A program made the translations under genes and the position numbers. From the NCBI GenBank assembly GCA_965261545.1, contig CBDHDF010000006.1, positions 160,001 through 224,000 of the forward strand: a stretch of 64,000 nucleotides of DNA, read 5' to 3'. The notes under the pieces were generated by a model. That model made no database searches and was not told the DNA's origin. It saw only the letters and a program-made list of their open reading frames with translations. Source of the stretch: Bdellovibrionales bacterium. Its GTDB lineage: Bacteria > Bdellovibrionota > Bdellovibrionia > Bdellovibrionales > UBA1609. This document shows, one piece after another, positions 31,611 through 42,553 of the stretch (positions are counted from its first letter, which is position 1; every line of letters begins with the position of its first letter).

Positions 31611-33523
31611 CCCGAGTTTGACAGCAGCATCTGCGTTAAAATGCGAAATTTCCAGAAATTGGGGTTGTACTGAAATATAATGGTAGCTGCTGGAAAAATT
31701 AAAATTGACGTAAAAAAAGTGTAGAAAACAAAATAGGATTTTATCGTTTTAAATATTGATATATCATAGAAATATGTAGAAAATATCCTCATGTACATCC
31801 AAACGACTAAAAACTCAAAAGGTCAGTGCTACTACCACCTTGTGGAGTCCTACAGAGAAAAAGGCAAATCCAAAAAACGCATGCTCATGTCCTTAGGTAA
31901 GGCTGGAGAAGGAGGAGAGGATAAGATTAATAGTTTGGCGCAGGCCGTATCCCGCCACCGAGAGCTTCTCACTGTGAGTCAATTGGCTAAGGAGCTTTAC
32001 ATCGAAGAGACTTTCATTTTGGGTCCCTTGCTGATTTTACAAAAGTTGTTTGATCAACTGGGTATCAATAAGACCCTCAAAGACATAAAAGATTCTCATG
32101 AGAAAGTTCAATTTGATTTATGTAAGGTGATTTTTACCTTAGTTGCCATCCGATTTATTGCTCCTAGTTCCAAGTTAAAGGTTTTTGAGTATTGGCAAAA
32201 ATCTTTTTACCCAGACATGATTAAGGGTGATTTGAGTCTCCAGCATATTTATCGGTCTATGGACTTACTTGCCTCCCATAAGGATGAAATAGAGAACTCG
32301 CTTTATTGGGTGGGGCGAGATTTATTTAATTTCCAAGTAGACATTGTGTTGTATGATTTAACAACCTTACGCTTCGAGAGTACAAGAACAGACTTAGGGA
32401 AACTTCGTCAATTTGGCTATAGTAAAGAGAGACGATCAGACTGCACCCAAGTTGTCTTTGGTTTGTTGGTGAATCGGGATGGCATCCCTTTAGGTTTTGA
32501 GGTTTTCCCTGGTAATACTTTTGAAGGCAAGACGCTTTCAGATATTGTTGATAAAATGAGAAAAAAGTTTAATGTACGCCGTTTCATTTTTGTGGCTGAT
32601 AGGGGGCTTTTATCAAAGGCTAATACTGACAAACTCAGTGAGGATCAAAGCGAGTTTATTGTTGGTATGAAGCTTGGATCTTTAAAAAAAGAAAAGAAAC
32701 AAGAGGTCTATGATTTAAATCGTTTTAGCTGGGTATATGAGAATGAGCTTGCTGTTTACGAAACAGACCATGGGGGGCATAGATGTATTGTGACTTGGTC
32801 TAGGAAAAGAGCAGAGAGGGATAAAAAATCTAGAGAATCCCTTCTTGAAAAGATCGAAGGAAAACTATCTTCTAAAGGTGTTCAGTCTAGTACTTTTGTT
32901 TCCAATAAAGGTTATAAGAAATATGTAAAGATGGCTGACGACAAAAATAAAAAACCTGAATTAAATGCAGAACAAATAGAATTAGATGAAAAAATTGATG
33001 GTTTTTTTGCCGTCCTTACAAATGTCAAAGACTTGACGGCAGATGAGATTATTATCAACTACAAAGAATTGTGGAAAATTGAAGATGCTTTTGGTGAGTT
33101 AAAAGGGACTTTGAAAACACGTCCTGTTTTCCATTGGACAGACCAGAGGATTATTGGACATTTAACTCTATGCTTTTTAACTTATCTTTGTGAGGCCCAC
33201 CTTACAAAATGTTTAAGAGATAAGAAGATGAACCTAAAAAGCCCAGCCATAGGCATTGGTCATGTTAAAGAGCGACCTTTAACTGTTGTAGAGGCCATGA
33301 GGGAACTCAAGGAAGTTAGGGCTATCCCTGTTAAAATTCGTGATCAAGTCATTTGGACCCGCACAGATATCACTGGCAATGCCAACTCCTTATTTAAAGC
33401 CGCAGGCGTCCCCATCCCTCCCAGAATCCTTAATGCCCACAAGTGTGGATAAACAAAATACAACTATATGCGTTAATCCTTTAATATCATTCGTTTGACG
33501 CAGATGCTGCTGTCAAACTCGGG
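31611..33523 (+). mobile_element. IS1634-family element copy 3 (1913 bp), 19-bp target duplication
   Basis: Same IRs; AATTACGCTCACTCCACCT at 28340-28358 and 33524-33542. Confidence 0.95.
31791..33452 (+). CDS. IS1634-family transposase (553 aa)
   Basis: Matches copy 1 except VAIR for VATR. Confidence 0.93.
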   Translation: MYIQTTKNSKGQCYYHLVESYREKGKSKKRMLMSLGKAGEGGEDKINSLAQAVSRHRELLTVSQLAKELYIEETFILGPLLILQKLFDQLGINKTLKDIKDSHEKVQFDLCKVIFTLVAIRFIAPSSKLKVFEYWQKSFYPDMIKGDLSLQHIYRSMDLLASHKDEIENSLYWVGRDLFNFQVDIVLYDLTTLRFESTRTDLGKLRQFGYSKERRSDCTQVVFGLLVNRDGIPLGFEVFPGNTFEGKTLSDIVDKMRKKFNVRRFIFVADRGLLSKANTDKLSEDQSEFIVGMKLGSLKKEKKQEVYDLNRFSWVYENELAVYETDHGGHRCIVTWSRKRAERDKKSRESLLEKIEGKLSSKGVQSSTFVSNKGYKKYVKMADDKNKKPELNAEQIELDEKIDGFFAVLTNVKDLTADEIIINYKELWKIEDAFGELKGTLKTRPVFHWTDQRIIGHLTLCFLTYLCEAHLTKCLRDKKMNLKSPAIGIGHVKERPLTVVEAMRELKEVRAIPVKIRDQVIWTRTDITGNANSLFKAAGVPIPPRILNAHKCG

Positions 33524-34591
33524 AATTACGCTCACTCCACCTTACAGGACTTGATTGTTCAAATAAGTGAAGAAACTTGGGGAATTATTAGCGCCTCTTT
33601 AGTTTCAGATGCAAGAGATCAAAAGATTGAGCCGTGTAAGAAAATGAGATTGGACAGTACAGTGACGAAATCAAATATTCATCATCCAACGGATGCATCG
33701 CTTTTATATGACTGCATAAGAGTTACAGAAAGAGAATTTAAAAAAGTTCGTAAAAATGTCATGAAAGATTTTTGGCGACTTATTTCAAGAGAAGATCTTA
33801 AGAGAGCAAAAACCTTGCTTTACAAAATTAATAATTCCAAAAATGATGCGGAAAGACTACCTTGCTATAAGGAGCTTTTAAAAATCGCTACCAAATTGAA
33901 CAAAGGATTACCTGATACCATCAGAAAGATAAAAAAAGAACAAAAATGTGTGAAGATGAATGCTTTGAAAAAGAGTCTAAAACAGTTAGAAAATGTTGCC
34001 TTCTACCTGGAAAAAATCATCTTTCAAACTCAAAAAAGAGTTATTGAGGGGAAAAAAGTATCTTCTGAAAAAAAGGTCCTATCCATCTTTGAACCGCATA
34101 CAGACATTATTGTAAAGGGGCAAAGAGAAGTCGAGTTTGGGCATAAAATCTTTCTGACCTCAGGGCAAAGCAACATGATTTTAGATTGTCAGATCCCTGA
34201 TGGCAACCCCGCAGACTCTGATATGTTTTTAAAAGTTATGAATTCAGTGACACAAACCTATGGGGCTTGCCCTGTAAAAGTAAGTGCAGATGGTGGGTTT
34301 GCTTCAAAAGAAAATCTTGAAGAGGCCAAAGAGATGGGGGCTAAAGATGTTTGCTTCCCAGAAAAAAAAGGAATGAAAATATTAAAGATGGTTAAAAGTG
34401 CTTGGGTCTTTAAAAATCTTCTCAATTGGAGAGCCGGAATAGAGGCTGTTATTTCATTCCTTAAGAGATGTTTTGGTATGAGAGTTGCTTACTGGAAAGG
34501 GCATGATGGTTTTAAGAGGTATGTAAAGAATGCCGTTTGTGCCTATAATTTTGTTGTCTTGGCAAGACATGAATTATCAACTGTCACCTAA
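33524..34591 (+). pseudogene. ISNCY transposase C-terminal part (DDE core)
   Basis: RLDSTVTKSNIHHPTD, KVLSIFEPHT, EFGHK, GNPADS, ADGGFAS, WRAGIEAVIS. Confidence 0.88.
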
Positions 34592-34824
34592 ATTTATCCA
34601 TTAGGAATAACAGCAATGGACCAGGTCGAAGGTGCTAAAATCTTCCAAAGGTAGGGGTGCGTCTTCAAATCGAAAAAACTAGGGCGCAAGTCGCTTAAAG
34701 ACCTTTTTCCCCTTAATCTGTAGAGTTTGTGTGGCAAATCTCCAACTCTCACTCCCCCATTGAGGCATTGGGAGGCTCAATGGGGAGTGTCAGAGAACAA
34801 AAAATGGGCCTTTCTGGACAGAAA

Positions 34825-35925
34825 CTAGCTATAGTCGTTAAAGTAGTCAATATACTCAGGAGTCCATGGCTCAAAGGTGCCCTCGATATAAATTCTCTTG
34901 TGTTCCCCCACCATGGCCTTTTTGGGCTCTAGGGAGGGGGTAAATCCCAAATGTAGAAGCCCTTGGTCTTGAAGGGAGGGGATGAGTTTCTGTATACTTT
35001 GCTTTCCAAGAACTTGGCGTCGAATGAGATCATCCAGGCTGGATTCAAGCTCGTCCGTGGTAAAATCAAAATGGGTTGTTAGGTTTTTAGCCACTTTTAT
35101 GATGTCTTCAGATGTGAGACGGCCATCTTGGAATAGATCTAGTGCCGTTTGAAAACTATTGTAGATGGGGAGGCAGCGTCGACCAAATTTTATATAATAC
35201 TCAGCATCTGTGTCGTCGGCGAGGTTGATATATATTTTTGCAACGGGGTCATTTTCAGGAATTTGCTCTTGTATTTCTAAGATGGTGTTGATTTGAGAGC
35301 CTGTCACTTTGAAGCGTTTGAGTGTTTTGACCAGGTTGGCTTGGTCGAGCCTTCTTGTGCAAATATCTGAATATAAGCAGTAAATAAAAACATCGGACTC
35401 ACTGTCGTCCCCCCACATAATACATTGAACCTCTTGGTGAAGCTGCATTCTTAGCTGTAAGAGAGCTTGTAGTTTATATCCCACTTGTTGGGTGAGGCGC
35501 CAAAGCCTTGTGGGCTTTAGGTTTCTAAGGTTGTCTTTGCAGAAGAGGCCCTTGGGAGAGATTCCATCGAGATTGAGTTTTCTTATAATCTTGCTCTCAA
35601 GTTGTGGTGGAGAGGCTGTGATAAAAAAGATGGGAAAGGGGCTTGGGCCCATGCGAGCATGCCAATAGCTTTTGAGACAGGCGCATAAAACAGATGTTCC
35701 CGGGATATTTTCTTTCTGAAAGGCTTTTTCAAAGGCGGTTTTAAAGAAATCTTTGATGCTTTCAACCTTTGTGTCGAGATAGGTCTTGTCCAAGTCCCAA
35801 AGATAGGCTTCTCGATCTTTTTCCTGGTTTGTGGAGACATTCGTTGAGGCATTTGTTGAGGAAGTGGAACCAGGGAAGTAAACCACATCTTCATGTATTT
35901 CAGCTCTTTGACGCCAGTCTGTCAT
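34825..35925 (-). CDS. HAD-like/App1-type phosphatase-domain protein
   Basis: WDLDKTY, FITASP, GYK and GDDSESD HAD-like motifs. Start may be 35988. Confidence 0.65.
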   Translation of the reverse strand: MTDWRQRAEIHEDVVYFPGSTSSTNASTNVSTNQEKDREAYLWDLDKTYLDTKVESIKDFFKTAFEKAFQKENIPGTSVLCACLKSYWHARMGPSPFPIFFITASPPQLESKIIRKLNLDGISPKGLFCKDNLRNLKPTRLWRLTQQVGYKLQALLQLRMQLHQEVQCIMWGDDSESDVFIYCLYSDICTRRLDQANLVKTLKRFKVTGSQINTILEIQEQIPENDPVAKIYINLADDTDAEYYIKFGRRCLPIYNSFQTALDLFQDGRLTSEDIIKVAKNLTTHFDFTTDELESSLDDLIRRQVLGKQSIQKLIPSLQDQGLLHLGFTPSLEPKKAMVGEHKRIYIEGTFEPWTPEYIDYFNDYS

Positions 35926-36063
35926 GGTTTCTATTATACACTGAGTGAGTCCATGGGGGCGAATTATAATGTGTTGCATCTTCTTCATGTTCTGAGGGGG
36001 GGGCTTGACTGTGCTGGAGAGTGTGGGCTAGGTGGGAGAATGGTGGCTAGGGTGAAGGAGTGC

Positions 36064-36945
36064 ATGAATTTTGTTGAAATAAATCATTGTCGGAGAGATT
36101 TGAACTTTTTGCCAAAGCAGCCTTGGCCGGAAGCCCTCCCTCCTATTTGTTGGAGGGGTTGGCTTTTGTCTGGCTTTGAGTCGCCCATGGAAAAGGCTCT
36201 AGAACTGACGGGGCCCCCTTTTCACCAAGCCTTTCAATCCTGTTATTTGAGCCTTAGTTTTTCCGAGTTGGCAAGGCTTTACGGGAAGGCCAGAGAATTT
36301 TTGCCCCCCGAATCTTTCTGCGGGGAGAAACTTTTGGGAGATTATGGCTTTAAAAGCTCTGAAAATACCTTCCAAACAATGATTCAGTTGGTTCAAGCGC
36401 CCATGGCTTTTCAGGAGTGGTGCCAGGAAAAACAGGTGGCTCCCAAGGACCTTGGAATTTTGCGCAGTTTGTCTTTTCCCCTTGAGCCTCCCATGGAGGA
36501 GCTTTTTGACAATATTGCTCATCTTCAAGCCTCCAAATCTTTGGGTGTTTCCATTCTTCAGTTGATCTGTGAACTTTATCTTATGGAATACGATATGGGT
36601 GCTCCTAAAGAACTTCTCTTTCCGCCACCCCCTCCAGCCCTTCCATCTCGATGTGACGCATCTTCAGGTCATGCCCCTTCAGGTCACTCGTTTTCACAGA
36701 AATGGTATGAACTTTTAGTTTCTCGCCGCTTTCCACGGGCGACTGAGCAGGGGCAGAGGCGAGCCCAAAAATTGAAAGAATTGCCATGGCCTGGGGGGAG
36801 TGAGGTGAAGGAAGCTCGGTGGGGAGACCTCTCTGGTGTTGAGATTAAATTGCGAATTGGCTCACAAAAAGATTTTAAAAAGTACCTCCATGGCCTTCAG
36901 CATGTCTATGAACTTCTCGAAAAGCAAAGCCATCGGTTGTGGTAG
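36064..36945 (+). CDS. Hypothetical protein
   Basis: AAGGAG RBS before ATG 36064; overlaps the tsaE start. Confidence 0.65.
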   Translation: MNFVEINHCRRDLNFLPKQPWPEALPPICWRGWLLSGFESPMEKALELTGPPFHQAFQSCYLSLSFSELARLYGKAREFLPPESFCGEKLLGDYGFKSSENTFQTMIQLVQAPMAFQEWCQEKQVAPKDLGILRSLSFPLEPPMEELFDNIAHLQASKSLGVSILQLICELYLMEYDMGAPKELLFPPPPPALPSRCDASSGHAPSGHSFSQKWYELLVSRRFPRATEQGQRRAQKLKELPWPGGSEVKEARWGDLSGVEIKLRIGSQKDFKKYLHGLQHVYELLEKQSHRLW

Positions 36946-37592
36946 GAGAGGGCGTGGTGGTGACGTGTGGCATTCATGGGATCAAGAACCAGAGTGTGCA
37001 TATAAAAAATCTCAAAGAATTAAAGAGTTGGATTTGCTCCTTGGTCTGTGCCTTGGGTTCTCGGTGGGGTGAAAATTCAAGGGTCTGCATTTTATTAATA
37101 GGACCCATGGGGGTTGGCAAGACTCAGTTTGTAAAGTACTTTGTAGGAGCCCTTGGGGGAGAGAGAGAGGACTCTGGTGGCGAAGGGGTTTGCTCACCCA
37201 CATTTGCGATACATAACTCCTACCTAGTCAAGGTGAATGGCACCAAGGAGCAGAGCACCAAGGTCAGTGGTACCAAGGCAAGCGATGAGTCTTCTTGTTC
37301 TGCCTCGGCAATGTCCGCTCCAGAAATTTCTGTCAAAGAAGTTCCGGCCCCGGAATCTTCTATTCCAGAAATTTCCGTGGATCACATTGATTTATACCGC
37401 CTTGAAGATGAAGATGACCTGGAGTCCACAGGATTTTGGGATATCTTTGAGAAAAAGCAGGGCTATATTATGGTTGAGTGGGCGGATCGTATCGAAGAGT
37501 CCTTTTTACCAGGCCACTGGGACATGATTCGTATTTCTATGGCTGTCCATGGTGATGGAGGGCGAACTTTATTAGTGACTGCTCATCGCTGA
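36939..37592 (+). CDS. tsaE: tRNA t6A biosynthesis ATPase TsaE, with internal low-complexity insertion
   Basis: GPMGVGKTQFVK, SPTF, HIDLYRL, VEWADR. Confidence 0.9.
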   Translation: MVGEGVVVTCGIHGIKNQSVHIKNLKELKSWICSLVCALGSRWGENSRVCILLIGPMGVGKTQFVKYFVGALGGEREDSGGEGVCSPTFAIHNSYLVKVNGTKEQSTKVSGTKASDESSCSASAMSAPEISVKEVPAPESSIPEISVDHIDLYRLEDEDDLESTGFWDIFEKKQGYIMVEWADRIEESFLPGHWDMIRISMAVHGDGGRTLLVTAHR

Positions 37593-37658
37593 GTGAGATG
37601 ACTGCTATGAACATTTTTATTTTCCAATATTAAAGTTAAAGGATGAGGCTTTAATGTT

Positions 37659-38561
37659 ATGATGGCACACAAAAAAAAAATAAATTGCCCAGTTTGTAAT
37701 TCGCAGCATTATAATTTGTTTTTATCGTCATGGGTGGATGAAAGTGATCCGTCGAAATTATATGGCGCAGCTTCAGGTGTTCAGGGGACGCAAGATCTTG
37801 TCATTTGCTCTTGTTGTAAGTTTATCTATGAAAATCCGCGTTATGATGAGTCGATCATTGTAAGTGGTTACATGCAATCAAATGAGTCTGTTCATGATAG
37901 TCAGTATGCCATGCGGGTTAAGAGTTTTTATAAAGCACTTTTGAAACATGCTGATTATTTGCCTAAACCTGGAGCGCATGTTCTTGATATTGGTACGGCT
38001 GGGGGAGCCTTCCTTGAGGCTGCGGCAGAGTTTGGCTATGATGCTTACGGTATGGAGCCTTCTGCGCATTTGGTGGAACTGGGCAAGGTACGTGGTTTGA
38101 AAATTAAGCAAGGAACCATAGATGATCATACTTTTGAGCGGGAGAGCTTTGATCTCATTTGTTTATGGGATGTCATTGAACATCTTGTTGATCCAAAGTT
38201 GGCTCTTAAGGAAATACACAAGCTTCTCAAGCCAAAAGGTGTTTTATTGATCAATTATCCTGATATAGGCACATGGCAGGCAAAATTGGCTGGCAAGCAT
38301 TTTTGGTGGATTTTGTCTGTCCATTTGCATCATTTCACTCGAAGAAGTATTACGGATATTTGTGAGCGCACTGGATTTAAAGTTTTTAGTCTTAGACGAT
38401 ACTGGCAAATCCTTGAGTTTGGATATCTTGAAGATATGGCGGCTCATCTTGGAATACCCTTAGCAAAAACCATTGCCAAGCTAACTCCGAATATTATTCG
38501 TCGTATTCCTATTCCGTATTATGCAAGCCAGACAACAGCTTTGGCATGGAGAACATCGTAA
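37659..38561 (+). CDS. Class I SAM methyltransferase with N-terminal Zn-binding motif
   Basis: CPVC...CSCC, VLDIGTAGG, WDVIEHLVDP, LKPKG. Confidence 0.88.
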   Translation: MMAHKKKINCPVCNSQHYNLFLSSWVDESDPSKLYGAASGVQGTQDLVICSCCKFIYENPRYDESIIVSGYMQSNESVHDSQYAMRVKSFYKALLKHADYLPKPGAHVLDIGTAGGAFLEAAAEFGYDAYGMEPSAHLVELGKVRGLKIKQGTIDDHTFERESFDLICLWDVIEHLVDPKLALKEIHKLLKPKGVLLINYPDIGTWQAKLAGKHFWWILSVHLHHFTRRSITDICERTGFKVFSLRRYWQILEFGYLEDMAAHLGIPLAKTIAKLTPNIIRRIPIPYYASQTTALAWRTS

Positions 38562-38562
38562 A

Positions 38563-39966
38563 ATGACAACTTATATCCTAGGTGCTGGTCCAACGGGGTT
38601 GGCCATTGCAGATGGTATTGTGGATTCTAAATGTGGGGATTTTGTCCTGATCGAACGCAACCACATTTTGGGAGGTTTGGCGCAAACAGTTGTTTGGGAT
38701 TCTATAGGGTCTCATGATTTAGGGCCACACAAGATTTTTTCCAAAGATGAATCTTTAGTAAATAGGGTCGAAAATCTTTTGTCTGAAGATGAATGGCTTA
38801 GGAGGGACAAAATCAGCTCTATTTATATGAATGGGTACTATCTTCTTTATCCACCTTCTCCATTTTCATTGGCGAATGTTTTTGGCTTATCAACATTTGT
38901 CCACATGATTATCGGTTATGGTTTATCAATTTTACGCAGTTTATTTTCGAATAAACAGCCAAAAACATTTGAAGAAGACTTGATAGGGCGTTTGGGTACT
39001 CCCCTTTATGATGTATTATTTAAACCAATTGCTTTGAAGCTTTGGGGAGATCCACAACAGCTTGATGTGAAATTATCTCAAGGGCGCATTCAAACTCCTT
39101 CGATTTTTGAAATCATAGGACGCTTATTAAAGATAAAAAAAAACAGTGAGTTTGAAGCGCTTGATTTCCGTTACCCCAAGGGTGGTCTCGGTAAGCTTTG
39201 GGATGCCATTGCCGAAAAAAGCAAGGGTAAGGGCGAAATACGAACGGGAAAGGCGGTTACAGGATTAAAGGTGGAAAATAAGCGAGTGACATCCATAGTG
39301 CTTGATGGTGGCGACGTCATTTATGTGAACAAGGGTGACATGGTGGTATCTAGTTTACCCTTGGGACTTAGCCTCAGACTTATGGGGGATGCTGTTCCAG
39401 CACCCATATTGCAACTTTCCAATGATATTATCCAGCTCAATGACCTTTTATTGGTATTTTTACATGTGGATTGCGATAGTCTCTTAAAAGAGTCATGGGT
39501 TTTTGTGCCGGACCCCAATATTGCTTTCCATCGTTTGAGCGAACAGGAATCTTTTGACCCTAAAATGACGCCTAGCGGCGGTATTGTTTGCTGTGAAATC
39601 ATGAGTTCAAAAGTGCGTAATTTTACCTCAAAAACAGACGAGTCATTGGTTGACGACGCCACACAGGGGCTGGCAGTTATGGGTTATAAGGGCTTCAGTG
39701 TTTTGAACAGCAAAGTCGTGCGCTTGCCGAAAAGTTATCCCGTTTTCCGTACGGGTTACAAAGAAGGGTTGATTGAGATTCTGAACTTTTCTGATCAGTT
39801 TGATAATTTCCGGACTCTTGGTCGCCAAGGGGCTTTTAACTACATTGGTACACTTGATGCTATGGATATTGGTTATGGTTTTGCGCAGTGGCTACAGGAA
39901 GGGGCTCAAGCTCATCGGTGGCAAAAAGAGAGGAAGCGCACAAGTAGTTATCCTGTATTGGATTGA
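38563..39966 (+). CDS. FAD-dependent oxidoreductase (UDP-galactopyranose mutase/HemY-like)
   Basis: ILGAGPTGL, GGLA, DLGPH, YPKGGLG, GRQGAFNY...D. Confidence 0.8.
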   Translation: MTTYILGAGPTGLAIADGIVDSKCGDFVLIERNHILGGLAQTVVWDSIGSHDLGPHKIFSKDESLVNRVENLLSEDEWLRRDKISSIYMNGYYLLYPPSPFSLANVFGLSTFVHMIIGYGLSILRSLFSNKQPKTFEEDLIGRLGTPLYDVLFKPIALKLWGDPQQLDVKLSQGRIQTPSIFEIIGRLLKIKKNSEFEALDFRYPKGGLGKLWDAIAEKSKGKGEIRTGKAVTGLKVENKRVTSIVLDGGDVIYVNKGDMVVSSLPLGLSLRLMGDAVPAPILQLSNDIIQLNDLLLVFLHVDCDSLLKESWVFVPDPNIAFHRLSEQESFDPKMTPSGGIVCCEIMSSKVRNFTSKTDESLVDDATQGLAVMGYKGFSVLNSKVVRLPKSYPVFRTGYKEGLIEILNFSDQFDNFRTLGRQGAFNYIGTLDAMDIGYGFAQWLQEGAQAHRWQKERKRTSSYPVLD

Positions 39967-39971
39967 GGAGT

Positions 39972-41462
39972 ATGAAACTTACTTTAATTTCACCGCGAAT
40001 AGCCATTCAGAAAGGTGATTTTCTAGGCTCAGGGGTACCTTACTGGCCGTTGGAACTTGCAACATTGGCTGCTTTTGCCCAAGGTCAAGGCGATGAAATA
40101 GCCTTTCTTGATTTATTTGGAAATAATATTGAGCGGTTTGAAGATGTGGGTGACTATTATCTCCAAGGTAATCCCATAAGCCATTATATACATACATCAG
40201 ATGTACGGGAAGCCCATGGCTTTATTCTTTATGCAATCTCTTATATGTCTCATCAGGAGTTGCTCTCGATGGTTCGGCAGTTGAAGCATGCTTATCCAGA
40301 CAAAGCGGTAGCAATTCTAGAAAATTCCCAAGCTGTAACGGCCTATTCGCTTTCGCACATGGCAAAGACATTTTTTGAAGTAGGCGCAGATGGGCTTATT
40401 TGTGGTGAGGCTTATTTCAATTGGGATGAAATTAAGAAAATGCTTCAAGGATCGCCATTTCTTGCACCCAATGTTATTACGCCGTCAAGCCATACCAAGG
40501 TCAAGGTTCAGCGGCTGCTACAGCCAGGGTTTCGCTATCCTATACCAGATTGGGGGCTCGTTAATTTCAAAAACTATTGGCGTCTTCCTTATTCACATGG
40601 ACCCAAAACGTCAACATTTTTCCCAATGTTGACGTCTCGTGGATGTCCCTATCCATGCGATTTTTGTGTTGTACCAGAAACCAATAATCGTCGCTGGCGA
40701 GGGAATGCACCAGAAGATGTTGTGTCTGAAATGTTTTATCTACGCGACACCTATGGTGTGCATGATTTTCAGATTGAGGACCTAAATCCTACTGTACAGC
40801 ATGCCCGTTGGGAAAAAATCAGTGAATTGTTAATTGAAAAACAAGCCAATATTTGTTTTTATTTTGTGAGTGGCACAAAGGCTGAAACAGTACATATTGA
40901 TAAAGTGGAATTGCTGGCTCGTGGAGGTTGTCGATACATATCTATCAGCCCAGAGTCGGGCAGTGCTGATTTGATGAAAAAGATAGGTAAAAGGTTTAAT
41001 TATGATCATGGTTTAAATCTTATTCGCACATGCCATCGACATTCTATTCGCATACAGGCATGTTTACTTGTTGGGCACCCTAATGAAGAAAATGATGATT
41101 TTTTCGCTACCCGCAGTTATCTCAAACAGATGGTGCGCGCTGGATTAGATGAGGTTGCAGTTTTTATTGTATCTCCATTTGCAGGAAGCAAACTCTTTGC
41201 ACGTGGTGCAATTCATTTTGAGAATACATCTGCGCTTACGAGTTTCTCGCCAAAGGGGCGCTCCAATTATAAGGAGCTTGAGAAAAAGCGTAAGTTACTC
41301 ATCAGGAGCTTCTTTGTCGAGAAGCTAAAAAAGGGTCTTTCCTTGTGGGGGCAAGGGTATCGTTCATTATTTAGTATTCCACAAACAAAAATGGAAAATT
41401 TGCCTAAGCGTGTCCTTTTCATTTTGCGTTGTGTGCGAAGAGAAACTAATGATTCATCATAA
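39972..41462 (+). CDS. B12-binding-domain (class B-like) radical SAM protein
   Basis: PLELATLAA N-terminal domain, GEA, SRGCPYPCDFC, ESGS, VGHPNE. Confidence 0.85.
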   Translation: MKLTLISPRIAIQKGDFLGSGVPYWPLELATLAAFAQGQGDEIAFLDLFGNNIERFEDVGDYYLQGNPISHYIHTSDVREAHGFILYAISYMSHQELLSMVRQLKHAYPDKAVAILENSQAVTAYSLSHMAKTFFEVGADGLICGEAYFNWDEIKKMLQGSPFLAPNVITPSSHTKVKVQRLLQPGFRYPIPDWGLVNFKNYWRLPYSHGPKTSTFFPMLTSRGCPYPCDFCVVPETNNRRWRGNAPEDVVSEMFYLRDTYGVHDFQIEDLNPTVQHARWEKISELLIEKQANICFYFVSGTKAETVHIDKVELLARGGCRYISISPESGSADLMKKIGKRFNYDHGLNLIRTCHRHSIRIQACLLVGHPNEENDDFFATRSYLKQMVRAGLDEVAVFIVSPFAGSKLFARGAIHFENTSALTSFSPKGRSNYKELEKKRKLLIRSFFVEKLKKGLSLWGQGYRSLFSIPQTKMENLPKRVLFILRCVRRETNDSS

Positions 41463-42162
41463 GAAGCGTATTCTACTCATTGTTCCCTGTTATAATGAGG
41501 AGAAGAATATTCAAAAGGTTTTAGAGGAGATTCGAGGGCTTGGAGAAGGTTACGATATCATTGTTATTGATGATGGCTCCCATGACAGTACGTCTAAAAT
41601 AGCCAGTGCATATGCGCCCGTTGTGCAGTTGTTGGATAATCTTGGTATAGGTGGAGCTGTTCAGACCGGTATAAAATACGCTTATCAAAATGATTATGAT
41701 TTTTGTGTTCAAATTGATGGAGATGGTCAGCATTTGCCTTGTGAGGTGGTGAAGCTTATCAAGCACCAACAGGAAACCGATCAAGCCATTATCATTGGCA
41801 GTCGCTATATAGATAATGCATCATTTCAATCGAGTTGGGCACGACGTTTTGGTAGTAGAATCATTGCCTGGGAATTGAACCGATTTTTTTCCAATTGTCA
41901 TATTACTGATCCAACCAGTGGCATGCGTTTGATGAACCGTGAGGCAATACAGTTTTTCTTTAATCAATACCCTTATGACTTTCCGGAGCCTATTTCATTG
42001 GCTTGGGCACTAAAGCGTGGGATAAGTGTTGGAGAAATTAGCGTGAAGATGCGCAGCCGAAAGTACGGGATGAGTTCTATATCGACATTTCAATCCTTTT
42101 CTTATATGTTTCGTGTGTTGTCTTATATTTTAGTATGTAAATTCACTAAAGGCATTAAGTGA
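41449..42162 (+). CDS. GT2 glycosyltransferase (DPM1/GtrB-like)
   Basis: VPCYNEE, DDGSHD, NLGIGGA, DGDGQH, GSRY, DPTSG. Confidence 0.9.
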   Translation: MIHHKKRILLIVPCYNEEKNIQKVLEEIRGLGEGYDIIVIDDGSHDSTSKIASAYAPVVQLLDNLGIGGAVQTGIKYAYQNDYDFCVQIDGDGQHLPCEVVKLIKHQQETDQAIIIGSRYIDNASFQSSWARRFGSRIIAWELNRFFSNCHITDPTSGMRLMNREAIQFFFNQYPYDFPEPISLAWALKRGISVGEISVKMRSRKYGMSSISTFQSFSYMFRVLSYILVCKFTKGIK

Positions 42163-42169
42163 GGTATTG

Positions 42170-42553
42170 ATGGGACATTCAGATAATATCGAAACAATTT
42201 TGATTATTCTTTCGTTTTCAATATGGTATACTTGGCACCTTTTACACAAGACTTCTTGCCTAAAATTAGACATGTATGATTTTTCTATGCTATCGTCGGT
42301 GAGTATCATTCCCTTATCCTTTGTAGTTTTTCCAACCTTTTGGCAGTCTATATCGGATATATTAGGTATTGGATTCCCCTTTATTTTGTTATTTGGGATG
42401 ATGATAGCAATTATTTTTATTTTTATTCACAGACTTACTGTCAGACTGCACCATATGAGTCATAAATATACCCTTTTGATACAGGAAGTCAGTCTTTTAA
42501 AGAAAAAACCTTCTTTAATAAGGACGGAGCATGAAATCAATTCATGTGAGTAG
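42170..42553 (+). CDS. DUF2304-like small membrane protein
   Basis: Three TM helices plus LIQEVSL tail, directly after the GT2 gene. Confidence 0.7.
   Translation: MGHSDNIETILIILSFSIWYTWHLLHKTSCLKLDMYDFSMLSSVSIIPLSFVVFPTFWQSISDILGIGFPFILLFGMMIAIIFIFIHRLTVRLHHMSHKYTLLIQEVSLLKKKPSLIRTEHEINSCE

Larger units (their letters stand above)
27497..34825 (+). mobile_element. ISNCY (ISDol1-like) element, about 2.15 kb before nested insertions, 6-bp TSD TAGCTA
   Basis: IRs GTTCCTGTCCAG / CTGGACAGAAAC; TAGCTA at 27491-27496 and 34826-34831. Confidence 0.8.

Noticed and set aside
27401..34831. ~90-bp direct repeat (27401 and 34731) read as prophage/island att sites or a giant TSD
   Set aside because: The copies are diverged, each ends in the ISNCY IR, and a separate 6-bp TSD explains the insertion. 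No integrase is present.
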